A DNA stretch of 33,312 nt from Minisyncoccota bacterium (GCA_046350795.1 JAXLZT010000001.1:146468-179779); one strand, 5' to 3'; positions 1-7,393 are shown, counted from the first letter of the stretch. Notes: generated by a model not told the origin, from the letters alone. Made by a program: numbers and translations.

Positions 1-1
1 A

Positions 2-697
2 AAAGCTAAAAACGATATAAATAAAATAATAAAAGATAAGGGAGAAGAAGCTGCTTTTGAATGCGGAGTGCTCAATCTTGATCCAAGAATTATTTCTGTT
101 CTTGGTAGACTTCATTTCCGCACAAGTTATGGACAAAATGTTTTGCAACATTCAGTAGAAATGGCACATATTGCTGGAATGATTGCCGAAGAGCTCGGTG
201 CAAACGTAGCTGTAGCTAAAGCTGGTGCCCTACTACATGACATTGGCAAGGCGCTAGATCACGAAGTCGCCGGCTCTCACGTAGAAATAGGCCGACGTAT
301 CCTACAAAAATTTGGTGCAAGCGAAGAAATAGTAAAAGCAATGCAAGCCCATCACGAAGAATATCCTTATGAAACAATAGAGTCTATTATCGTTCAGACT
401 GCAGACGCTATATCTGGAGGTAGACCAGGTGCAAGACGAGACACTGTAGAAAATTACCTAAAACGCCTAGGAGAACTAGAAGCAATAGCTAATGGATTTA
501 AGGGTGTAGAAAAATCATACGCTCTACAAGCGGGCCGAGAAATCAGAATATTTGTATTCCCTCAGCAAGTTTCTGAAATAGAAGCAAAGGATATGGCGAG
601 AGAAATTGCTCTAAAAATAGAACGTGACCTAAAATATCCAGGAGAAATAAAAGTAAACATCATTAGAGAGTCTCGTTTTGTAGAATTTGCTAGATAA
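2..697 (+). CDS. rny: Ribonuclease Y, C-terminal part (5' end outside window)
   Basis: Frame is open from the window edge (first in-frame codon at nt 2). HD-domain signature ALLHDIGKA...HVEIG...AHHE and an RNase Y-type C-terminus (GGRPGARRDT, KVNIIRESR). Confidence 0.9.
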   Translation, partial: KAKNDINKIIKDKGEEAAFECGVLNLDPRIISVLGRLHFRTSYGQNVLQHSVEMAHIAGMIAEELGANVAVAKAGALLHDIGKALDHEVAGSHVEIGRRILQKFGASEEIVKAMQAHHEEYPYETIESIIVQTADAISGGRPGARRDTVENYLKRLGELEAIANGFKGVEKSYALQAGREIRIFVFPQQVSEIEAKDMAREIALKIERDLKYPGEIKVNIIRESRFVEFAR

Positions 698-783
698 AAA
701 GCCTCCTTGCGCTAAAAAAGCCTTATATTATAATGGGGGCTGTATTATTAGACCATTATAAATAAGCATCTAATAAGAAAAAC

Positions 784-1056
784 ATGAACAAACAAGCTAT
801 CGCTGAAGCGGTTCACGCAAAATTGATGGGAACAAAAGCTCAGGCTGAAGAAGTGGTGGATCTAATCATTGATTCTATAGTTTCAACACTAAAGAAAGGT
901 GACGAAGTATCTATCGCTGGTCTAGGAATCTTTTCTACAAAGACTAGAGCTGCTAGACAAGCTAGAAACCCTCGAACAGGTGAAACTATCTCAGTACCTG
1001 CAATGAGAGTCCCAAAGTTTAGAGCTGCAAAAGCACTAAAAGACGCTGTAAAATAA
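784..1056 (+). CDS. hup: HU family DNA-binding protein
   Basis: 90 aa with the HU/IHF arm motif GLGIFSTKTRAARQARNPRTGETISVPAMRVPKFRAAKALKDAV. Confidence 0.93.
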   Translation: MNKQAIAEAVHAKLMGTKAQAEEVVDLIIDSIVSTLKKGDEVSIAGLGIFSTKTRAARQARNPRTGETISVPAMRVPKFRAAKALKDAVK

Positions 1057-1063
1057 AGACAAA

Positions 1064-1092
1064 CAAAAACACCCTGAGGGTGTTTTTGTTTT
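1064..1092. terminator. Bidirectional intrinsic terminator between convergent hup and adk
   Basis: Perfect 11-bp stem caaaaacaccc / gggtgtttttg with a 3-nt loop. An A-run precedes it and a T-run follows it. Confidence 0.8.
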
Positions 1093-1103
1093 GCCTAAAA
1101 AAC

Positions 1104-1697
1104 TTAAATCCCCAAAGCATTAGTAATATCTTGGTGAACTTTTTCTATGGTCTGATTGCCGTCTATCTTAAAAAACTTACAATAGTCATTTTTTTCAAAA
1201 TACCTTATAGAATCCATCACATTGTCTTCAAACCACTTCAACCTAGATTCTATTTTTTCTTTTTTATCATCATGTCTTCCTCGCGCCAACAATCTTCTTG
1301 TAGCCTCTTCATTGTGCGTATCCAAAAAAATCACGACTGGGTCCGGTCTTTTGAAAAAACGTATTGCCGAATCAAGTATTGGCGCCTCTTCCCCTCTACG
1401 AGCAAGTCCGTCTAGTATCATGTGATTTTTCTCACCAACTGATTCCACAAAGATACTAGCCCACATCCAAATAGGTAAAAAAGCTGGCAAAAGAGAACCG
1501 CTAGTCAAAACCTCTTTAGCCAAAAGAGAAGCATACGAATCGTTTGAAGAAATAAACTTTCTAAATCTCTCCCCTGTTTCTATATAGATGGTTTCGTTCT
1601 CAGGATCTATTTTCTTTAATTTATCAATGAGAAGATTTGCTTGAGTTCCCTTTCCAGCACCAGAACAACCGAAAAATACACATGTTATTTGTTTCAT
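1104..1697 (-). CDS. adk: Adenylate kinase family protein (short-LID type)
   Basis: P-loop GCSGAGKGTQ, ILDGLARR and RGRHDDKKEKIESRL motifs. Start set at MKQITCVFFG because the longer tracked ORF runs into tRNA-Gly. TATAAT (1705-1710 on the + strand) lies 7 nt upstream of the ATG. Confidence 0.85.
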   Translation of the reverse strand: MKQITCVFFGCSGAGKGTQANLLIDKLKKIDPENETIYIETGERFRKFISSNDSYASLLAKEVLTSGSLLPAFLPIWMWASIFVESVGEKNHMILDGLARRGEEAPILDSAIRFFKRPDPVVIFLDTHNEEATRRLLARGRHDDKKEKIESRLKWFEDNVMDSIRYFEKNDYCKFFKIDGNQTIEKVHQDITNALGI

Positions 1698-1727
1698 GCA
1701 TACAATTATAATACAAAAAGAAAAATT

Positions 1728-1801
1728 TGGTGCGGGATGGGAGAATCGAACTCCCACTTACAGTTTGGAAAACTGTCATTCTACCATTAAACTAATCCCG
1801 C
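1728..1801 (-). tRNA. tRNA-Gly (anticodon UCC), CCA encoded
   Basis: Reverse complement reads GCGGGAT...ACAGT-TTTCCAA-ACTGT...GGGAGTTCGATTCTCCC-ATCCCGC-ACCA. Cloverleaf folded by hand. Confidence 0.9.
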
Positions 1802-1832
1802 AACCTCATAAAACCGAACAAAAGTCATATTA

Positions 1833-2132
1833 TCACGGTTTTTTTTGCTTAGCAATTTTGATTATTTCGTCAAAATTATCACGTGGCCAAACTTTATTTT
1901 TTCTAACAAAACCACATTTTTCGCACTTCTGAACCAAATCATACTTCCCCACTATGCCCTCTACAGAGATTGGTTTCATCATTCCTCCACACTCTTCCTG
2001 CCTATCTCCAGGATCCACATCAACATGCTTACTCCAAAGACAGTTGTAGCAATGGTTTGTAAAGCCATTGCCTGAATTATCTGTACCGCAATGTTCACAG
2101 ACAAAATCTTCTACTTTTTTCTTAAAGGCCAT
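1833..2132 (-). CDS. RNHCP-domain zinc-ribbon protein
   Basis: 99 aa from MAFKKKVEDFVCEHCG; motif FTNHCYNCLWSKHVD plus C-terminal CEKCG. The upstream ORF extension overlaps tRNA-Pro and was trimmed. Confidence 0.8.
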   Translation of the reverse strand: MAFKKKVEDFVCEHCGTDNSGNGFTNHCYNCLWSKHVDVDPGDRQEECGGMMKPISVEGIVGKYDLVQKCEKCGFVRKNKVWPRDNFDEIIKIAKQKKP

Positions 2133-2148
2133 ATTAGCAATAAAAATG

Positions 2149-2221
2149 TCGGGGTGCCGGGATTCGAACCCGGAGTCACTTGTTCCCAAAACAAGCATGT
2201 TAGCCGTTACACCACACCCCG
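2149..2221 (-). tRNA. tRNA-Pro (anticodon UGG), no encoded CCA
   Basis: Reverse complement reads CGGGGTG...CTTGT-TTTGGGA-ACAAG...CCGGGTTCGAATCCCGG-CACCCCG-A. The 3' flank is CAT, not CCA. Confidence 0.88.
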
Positions 2222-2271
2222 AAAAACCAATGTAGGTTATCTTAGCACAATACTTGTTATTTCAAAACTTT

Positions 2272-2649
2272 TTACAAATTAATATTCTCAATCATCTTCA
2301 CACCAGCCTGTCGACTTGATGGATCTAGATAGACAGTTACCCCATCTATCTGAAAACGTGTTTCATGTGGAACATTTCTTTTTAATAAATAAACCTGTAT
2401 TGTCCTTTCAATCCTTTGTATCTTGCGAAAATGAATATTATCCTCTGCCCTATAGCCAGCTTTTTCACGTGAAACAGTTTTTACCTCTATAAAATGCAAA
2501 ATACCCCACTTTTCTGCAATAATATCTATTTCTCCACACCTTTGACGGAAGTTTCTCTCTAATAAATCAAACTTCTGACCAACCAAATACCTACAAGCGA
2601 TCTCTTCTCCTAGGGCTCCTATAGTGAGCGTGTTCTTTGTTTGTTTCAT
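2272..2649 (-). CDS. yraN: YraN family (UPF0102) endonuclease-like protein
   Basis: 125 aa with GEEIACRYL...GEIDIIA...HFIEVKT, the typical YraN/Holliday-junction-resolvase-like core. Confidence 0.85.
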   Translation of the reverse strand: MKQTKNTLTIGALGEEIACRYLVGQKFDLLERNFRQRCGEIDIIAEKWGILHFIEVKTVSREKAGYRAEDNIHFRKIQRIERTIQVYLLKRNVPHETRFQIDGVTVYLDPSSRQAGVKMIENINL

Positions 2650-2751
2650 AAATAACGTTTCATGATTAACATTGTTTCACGTGAAACTCTTTTTACAGAC
2701 ATTTCTCGTTTTTTTAATAAAAATCCTTATTTTAAGCCATATTTTAAATAA

Positions 2752-2787
2752 AAAGACACAATAAAAGAGACAGAACAAAGTGTCTTT
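2752..2787 (-). terminator. Possible terminator downstream of the tRNA-Arg/tRNA-Gly pair
   Basis: 8-bp inverted repeat aaagacac / gtgtcttt with a 20-nt loop. On the minus strand it is followed by a T-rich run. The large loop makes this weak. Confidence 0.35.
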
Positions 2788-2890
2788 TATGCACATATCC
2801 CCATAGTTATCCACAATTTTGTGAAAAACTGAACCTTTTTAACTAGCAATTGGACAAAACCCAAAGAAAAACGACATAAGTCTTTAAAGG

Positions 2891-2961
2891 TGCGGGCAGG
2901 GAGAATCGAACTCCCGTCTCGTCCTTGGCAAGGACGTGTTCTACCACTAAACCATGCCCGC
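2891..2961 (-). tRNA. tRNA-Gly (anticodon GCC); only CC of CCA encoded
   Basis: Reverse complement reads GCGGGCA...CGTCC-TTGCCAA-GGACG...GGGAGTTCGATTCTCCC-TGCCCGC-A, followed by CCT. Confidence 0.9.
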
Positions 2962-3028
2962 AATCATCAAATTATAAAGAAACGCTAAAGATTATAACCC
3001 AATCCTGAATAACTGCAAAAACCGCATG

Positions 3029-3100
3029 TGCTCTCGGAGGGATTCGAACCCCCAACAACGGTTCCGAAGACCGGTATGATATCCATTTCACCACGAGAGC
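3029..3100 (-). tRNA. tRNA-Arg (anticodon UCG), no encoded CCA
   Basis: Reverse complement reads GCTCTCG...CCGGT-CTTCGGA-ACCGT...GGGGGTTCGAATCCCTC-CGAGAGC-A. Confidence 0.85.
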
Positions 3101-3123
3101 AATACAAAACATCATACGATAGA

Positions 3124-3153
3124 TTGGCTAAAAATCAAAGGATATACTACAAT
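3124..3153 (+). promoter_or_regulatory. Putative cca promoter (leaderless arrangement)
   Basis: TTGGCT (3124-3129), 18-nt spacer, TACAAT (3148-3153). The ATG at 3160 lies 6 nt after the -10. Confidence 0.45.
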
Positions 3154-3159
3154 TTGCTT

Positions 3160-4650
3160 ATGAAAAAAGCTCCACTACCAGTGGTTTTTAAGTTTGAAAT
3201 ACCAAAAGATGTTTCACGAGTAACAGAAACGCTAGAAAAAGCGGGTTTTGAAGCGTATCTGGTAGGGGGCTGTGTGAGAGATCTGATACTAGGCAGGGAA
3301 CCAAAAGACTGGGACGTCACCACAAACGCTGTACCAGAGGAGATAATCGCCCTTTTTCCAAAAACTTTTTACGAAAATTCATATGGAACAGTCGGTGTAG
3401 TAAATGAAGAAACAGAAAACGAGACACTGAAAGTAATAGAAGTCACTCCATATAGGCTTGAAGCGAGCTATAGTGACAATAGACGACCGGACAGTGTCAC
3501 ATTCAGTAAAAGTATCGAGGACGACTTAAAGCGTCGTGATTTCACGATTAACGCGCTTGCGATAGATTCAAAAGGGGAAGTCGTTGACCTATACGACGGC
3601 ATAAAAGACATTTTATCAAAAACCATTCGCACAGTAGGCAATCCAGAAGAAAGATTTACAGAAGATGGCCTACGCATCATGCGAGCGGTGCGACTTTACG
3701 CTGATCTAGGCTTTGAAATAGAGGCGGGGACGGCAGAAGCTATAAAAAAACTAGCACCAATACTAGAAAAAATTGCAAAAGAACGCATTCGTGATGAGTT
3801 TGTAAGAATCATCATGTCAGATAGACCAGCTTTAGGTATAGAAATGGCTAAAAAGCTGGGTATTTTGAGATATATCGTACCAGAATTAGAGCAGGGTATA
3901 GGTGTCACACAAAACCAAGCCCATGCCTTTGACGTCTGGACTCATTTATTAAAAACCCTACAACACGCTGCGGATAAAAAATGGCCACTTCACATACGAC
4001 TTGCTGCGCTTTTTCACGACATAGGTAAACCAAAAACCAGACGAACAGACGGTAAAAAAGGCGACGTCACTTTTTACGGACACGAAGTCGTCGGCGCTAG
4101 AATGACAGAAAAAATAATGCGTGACCTGAGATTTCCAAATGATTTAAGCGAAAATGTAGTGAAGCTAGTGCGCTGGCATATGTTTTTCTCTGACACAGAG
4201 CAAATCACGCTCTCTGCCGTGCGCCGACTCATTAGCAAAGTAGGCAAGGACAATGTCTGGGATCTCATGAACGTGCGTATCTGCGATCGTATAGGTACAG
4301 GCCGACCAAAAGAAAACCCATACCGTCTGCGAAAATACAAATCAATGGTAGAAGAGGTAATGCGTGATCCTGTCTCTGTAGGAATGCTTGCAATAGATGG
4401 AAAGGGAGTAATGGATACGACCGGTATGCCAGCTGGACCTAAAATCGGGCATATTTTGCATGCACTTTTGGAGGAAGTGCTAGAGGACCCGACACTTAAC
4501 ACTAAAGAATATTTGGGCGAAAAAGCCATAAAACTAGCCACACTTTCTGATAAAGAGCTAGAAGAAATGGGTAAAAAGGGTAAAGAAAAAAGGGAAGAAG
4601 AGGATGAAAAGGGTTTAAAAGAGATACGGGACAAGTATCACGTAGAGTAG
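3160..4650 (+). CDS. cca: CCA-adding tRNA nucleotidyltransferase with C-terminal HD domain
   Basis: GGCVRDLILGREPKDWDV, RRDFTINA and HD motif LFHDIGKP...GHE. Start moved to M45 of the tracked ORF because the upstream part overlaps tRNA-Arg on the opposite strand. Confidence 0.88.
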   Translation: MKKAPLPVVFKFEIPKDVSRVTETLEKAGFEAYLVGGCVRDLILGREPKDWDVTTNAVPEEIIALFPKTFYENSYGTVGVVNEETENETLKVIEVTPYRLEASYSDNRRPDSVTFSKSIEDDLKRRDFTINALAIDSKGEVVDLYDGIKDILSKTIRTVGNPEERFTEDGLRIMRAVRLYADLGFEIEAGTAEAIKKLAPILEKIAKERIRDEFVRIIMSDRPALGIEMAKKLGILRYIVPELEQGIGVTQNQAHAFDVWTHLLKTLQHAADKKWPLHIRLAALFHDIGKPKTRRTDGKKGDVTFYGHEVVGARMTEKIMRDLRFPNDLSENVVKLVRWHMFFSDTEQITLSAVRRLISKVGKDNVWDLMNVRICDRIGTGRPKENPYRLRKYKSMVEEVMRDPVSVGMLAIDGKGVMDTTGMPAGPKIGHILHALLEEVLEDPTLNTKEYLGEKAIKLATLSDKELEEMGKKGKEKREEEDEKGLKEIRDKYHVE

Positions 4651-4672
4651 TTTAAAAAATATTTATTAATAC

Positions 4673-4699
4673 AAAAAAAACCGCGCCCACATTGGACGC
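4673..4699 (-). terminator. Intrinsic terminator of RNA A (minus strand)
   Basis: On the minus strand: GCGUCC-AAUGU-GGGCGC (one G.U pair), then GG and U8. Confidence 0.7.
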
Positions 4700-4911
4700 T
4701 AGCCTCGTGCATGCGTACGTTGTGAAATCGCGGTTGTGAAAGAGTCCGCTCAGTAATCGGATGATCGTGGTCAATATCCCAATGTGGAGGTGTGGATATA
4801 TATTCCTTTGCATCATCAAACCCAAACGACCTTTCTGGAGGTGGCCTACCTCGATAATGAACATAGGGGATTTGTCCTTTTAGTGTCTTTTTAGATTCCT
4901 CCCCGGTTCTG
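4673..4911 (-). ncRNA. Unclassified ~240-nt non-coding transcript candidate (RNA A)
   Basis: GC-rich island in AT-rich DNA, bounded by a sigma70-like promoter (4917-4944) and an intrinsic terminator (4673-4699). The only ORF (4652-4864) reads through the terminator U-tract. Confidence 0.55.
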
Positions 4912-4916
4912 GAAAA

Positions 4917-4944
4917 AGTATATCATGCATAAAAGACATTTCAA
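4917..4944 (-). promoter_or_regulatory. Promoter of RNA A
   Basis: On the minus strand: TTGAAA, 16-nt spacer, TGaTATACT (extended -10). Confidence 0.55.
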
Positions 4945-4979
4945 ATAAATACCTGTGGATAAGATGTCTTTTATAAAAA

Positions 4980-5750
4980 TTAAAACTTTAAATAAAGGAC
5001 AACTGGACAATGATCTGAGCCCGTCACTCTATCTAACATTTCCATTGATTGCACTTTTGGTAAAAATTCTTCAGCAACAAAAAAATAATCTATACGCCAA
5101 CCTACATTTCTTTCACGTGCAAATGTCTTTTGATCCCAGTAGCTGTATGCATCTTTTTTTTCTGGATAAAAATATCGGAAAACATCCACATAACCGTGCG
5201 CGACCACTTTATCCATCCACTCGCGCTCGATAGGGAGGAAGCCGGTGTTTTTTTCATTGGCCTTTGGACGAGCTAGGTCTATTTCATTGTGAGCAGTATT
5301 TACATCTCCGCAAAAAATCACATTTTCACCAGCTTTTCGCAGTCGCTCTATATATTTCAAAAATTCTTTATAAAACTCCAGCTTGTAAGCAAGGCGCTCT
5401 GGACCTCCGCCACCATTGGGAAAATAGACATTTATCAATACAAAATCATCAAAATAAGCGGAGACTAGGCGACCTTCATTGTCGAGAACTGGCACACCCA
5501 TGACATATTCCACCTTATTTGGCTTTACTTTGCTGTAAATTGCGACCCCGCTGTAGCCCTTTTTCTCCTTTGGAAAATCAAAATATGAATGATAGCCATT
5601 TGGTGCAAGCATCTCTGGTGAGAGCTGATCGGGGTTTGCTTTTGTCTCCTGTAAACAAAAGATATCTGGTGATTCGTTTATGAGCCAGTCCCATTGGCCT
5701 TTTTTCTGCAAAGCTCGTATTCCATTTACGTTCCAAGATATTATTTTCAT
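4980..5750 (-). CDS. xth: Exodeoxyribonuclease III (AP endonuclease)
   Basis: MKIISWNVNG...FCLQETK...GVAIY...YFPNGG...GDVNTAH...WRIDY...SDHCPV. Start set at MKIISWN. Confidence 0.92.
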   Translation of the reverse strand: MKIISWNVNGIRALQKKGQWDWLINESPDIFCLQETKANPDQLSPEMLAPNGYHSYFDFPKEKKGYSGVAIYSKVKPNKVEYVMGVPVLDNEGRLVSAYFDDFVLINVYFPNGGGGPERLAYKLEFYKEFLKYIERLRKAGENVIFCGDVNTAHNEIDLARPKANEKNTGFLPIEREWMDKVVAHGYVDVFRYFYPEKKDAYSYWDQKTFARERNVGWRIDYFFVAEEFLPKVQSMEMLDRVTGSDHCPVVLYLKF

Positions 5751-5786
5751 GTTGCTGGTAATTGTAGCACACACCAACTCATAGTA

Positions 5787-5814
5787 TTGACTTTTTATAT
5801 TAAAATGTTATTAT
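5787..5814 (+). promoter_or_regulatory. Promoter of the GC-rich glycine-zipper gene unit
   Basis: TTGACT (5787-5792), 16-nt spacer, TGtTATTAT (-10 at 5809-5814). It lies back-to-back with the xth promoter. Confidence 0.55.
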
Positions 5815-5904
5815 GGCAAATGGAGTGTAGTATACAAAGATAAAGCGGGTAGTGGCTTCCAAAGGAAAGCCCGGTGTCCCGAAACACACACCGAAACCAA
5901 GACC

Positions 5905-6375
5905 ATGGATACAAAATCAGTGATGACAGCGTCATCAGAGTCGTCCTATTCCATCTCAAAGAGATCGATCTGGTCTCTGTTGGGAGTGCTGGCTCTTTCC
6001 GGCTTCATCTACCTTCAAGCTGTGGGGTACATCATCCCAAGCATGAAGGAGTTCGATCATCTCACAAAGGAGAACGCTGACATCAGCAAGATTGGCCTGA
6101 TGTGGGTACCAATCATCAGTTACGTGCTGGTGTCGCTGTGGGTGTGTCTGACAGTCAACATCTTCAGGAAACTGATGACTCGGAAACAGGGTGGTCTCAT
6201 CGATGATCTCATCGAGGGTCTCGTCGTGGGTGTCATCGTGGGTCTTCTAGTCGGGGTTCCAGTCGGGAGTCTCGTCTGGGGTCTCGTCGTGGGTCCCATT
6301 CTGGTTCTCACCAGTAGTCTCAGTGCGGGTCTCGTCTTGGGTCTCTTCAGGGGTCTCAGTAAAGAGTTTTCGTGA
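5905..6375 (+). CDS. Small polytopic membrane protein with glycine-zipper (GxxxG x6) C-terminal half
   Basis: 156 aa with two hydrophobic helices, then GLVVGVIVGLLVGVPVGSLVWGLVVG. Clearly GC-richer than neighbouring genes. Two other frames are also open here, so the coding call rests on the TM-like periodicity. Confidence 0.6.
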   Translation: MDTKSVMTASSESSYSISKRSIWSLLGVLALSGFIYLQAVGYIIPSMKEFDHLTKENADISKIGLMWVPIISYVLVSLWVCLTVNIFRKLMTRKQGGLIDDLIEGLVVGVIVGLLVGVPVGSLVWGLVVGPILVLTSSLSAGLVLGLFRGLSKEFS

Positions 6376-6392
6376 GACAGTCGGTCGCGGTC

Positions 6393-6430
6393 GCGCCGCT
6401 CCATCTTCTGGGGCGGCGCTTTCTTATTTA
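6393..6430 (+). terminator. Intrinsic terminator after the glycine-zipper gene
   Basis: gcgccgc / gcggcgc 7-bp GC stem (6393-6399 and 6413-6419) followed by tttcttattt. Confidence 0.65.
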
Positions 6431-6451
6431 AAAAATTGTGTGTGATTAATT

Positions 6452-7393
6452 TTATTTCCCGCCCTTATTGTGAAACTTTTTATGCACCTCGCGGAGCTGT
6501 TTGTCAGTAATATGAGTATAAATCTGTGTCGTGCCTATATTGGCATGACCCAAAAGCATCTGCACAGATCGCAAATCTGCACCATTTTGTAGCAAATCTG
6601 TAGCAAAACTGTGACGAATAACGTGCGGAGTAACTTTTTTTGTAATACCAGCTTTTATCGCATACTGTTTTACTAGTCTCTCTACAGAACGGGGAGTAAT
6701 AGCCAACTTTTCTGCGTTTTTAGAATTTTTTCCAAACTGAACAAACATAGCATCGTCCATATCCTTACGTTTTGCCAAGTATTTTTTTAAAGCACCCCTT
6801 GCTGAATCCGATAAAAACACCACACGCACCTTTTCTCCTTTTCCTCTTATAGAAAACTCATCTGAATTTAAATCAAGATCACGCGTAAGAGAACAGAGCT
6901 CGGACACACGCAGACCAGTAGAGAAAAGTAGCTCAAGAATAGCCCTATCACGCAAAGATTGCACATCGTCTCCGGACGGAGCGTTCATCAATCTATCTAG
7001 CTCTGCACGAGAGATGAGATCTATAGATCGCTCAGCTACTTTTGCTAGCTCTATTTGATCTGGATGCAGGGAAGACACACGTCGTCGCGCCAGATACTTG
7101 AGAAAAGAGCGTAGGGCAATGAGGTAGTAGTTTTGTGTACGCTTTTTGAGACTTTCGGATGCACCCTGTAGGCCGGGCTGTTTTTTGCCGGATTTTTGTC
7201 GGTTGAGCCAAAGGCGATACTCACGCAAGAGGGTATCCGTGATCTGATCTGGCCGCTTTACCTTTGAAAACTCAAAAAAACGCTCTAAATAATGGTCATA
7301 GTTGGCAACGGTCTTTAGGCTACGACCTTTTTCAATCTCTAAATATTCCAGAAACTCGCGTTTTAATTGTGAAATAGGTGAATTTGTAGACAT
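6452..7393 (-). CDS. Tyrosine recombinase, XerC/XerD-like
   Basis: 313 aa with an N-terminal SAM-like core-binding domain. Catalytic set present: R (GLRVSEL), K (GKGEKVR), HVIRH, LLGH, IYTH. Confidence 0.9.
   Translation of the reverse strand: MSTNSPISQLKREFLEYLEIEKGRSLKTVANYDHYLERFFEFSKVKRPDQITDTLLREYRLWLNRQKSGKKQPGLQGASESLKKRTQNYYLIALRSFLKYLARRRVSSLHPDQIELAKVAERSIDLISRAELDRLMNAPSGDDVQSLRDRAILELLFSTGLRVSELCSLTRDLDLNSDEFSIRGKGEKVRVVFLSDSARGALKKYLAKRKDMDDAMFVQFGKNSKNAEKLAITPRSVERLVKQYAIKAGITKKVTPHVIRHSFATDLLQNGADLRSVQMLLGHANIGTTQIYTHITDKQLREVHKKFHNKGGK

Noticed and set aside
1698-1757. N-terminal extensions of tracked ORFs (1698-1757, 2133-2198, 3028-3159) overlapping tRNA genes
   Set aside because: The extensions are translations of tRNA sequence in sense or antisense. 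Internal Met codons give canonical N-termini (P-loop for adk, zinc ribbon for RNHCP, GGCVRD region for cca).
4652-4864. 70-aa minus-strand ORF inside the RNA A unit
   Set aside because: It reads straight through the terminator stem and U-tract (its C-terminus GAVFFVLINIF is encoded by the T-run and AT-rich spacer). It has no recognisable family.
5863-6005. RNase P RNA-like motifs: AGGAAAGCCCGGTGTCC (5863-5879) resembling CR-I, with a CCGGCTT partner at 5999-6005
   Set aside because: The two elements are only ~130 nt apart. No CR-II, CR-III or CR-IV equivalents are visible. The second element lies inside a coherent membrane-protein ORF, so the resemblance is probably coincidental.
6172-6187. 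Hammerhead-like core CTGATGA-CTCG-GAAAC
   Set aside because: The spacer is too short to form stem II and there are no flanking stems I or III. It lies in the coding frame (RKLMTRKQ).
5874-6404. Alternative ORFs 5874-6080 (+) and 6120-6404 (-) overlapping the glycine-zipper gene
   Set aside because: Their products are low-complexity Arg/Pro/Thr-rich sequences typical of off-frame reading of GC-rich DNA. The 5905-6375 frame gives coherent TM helices.
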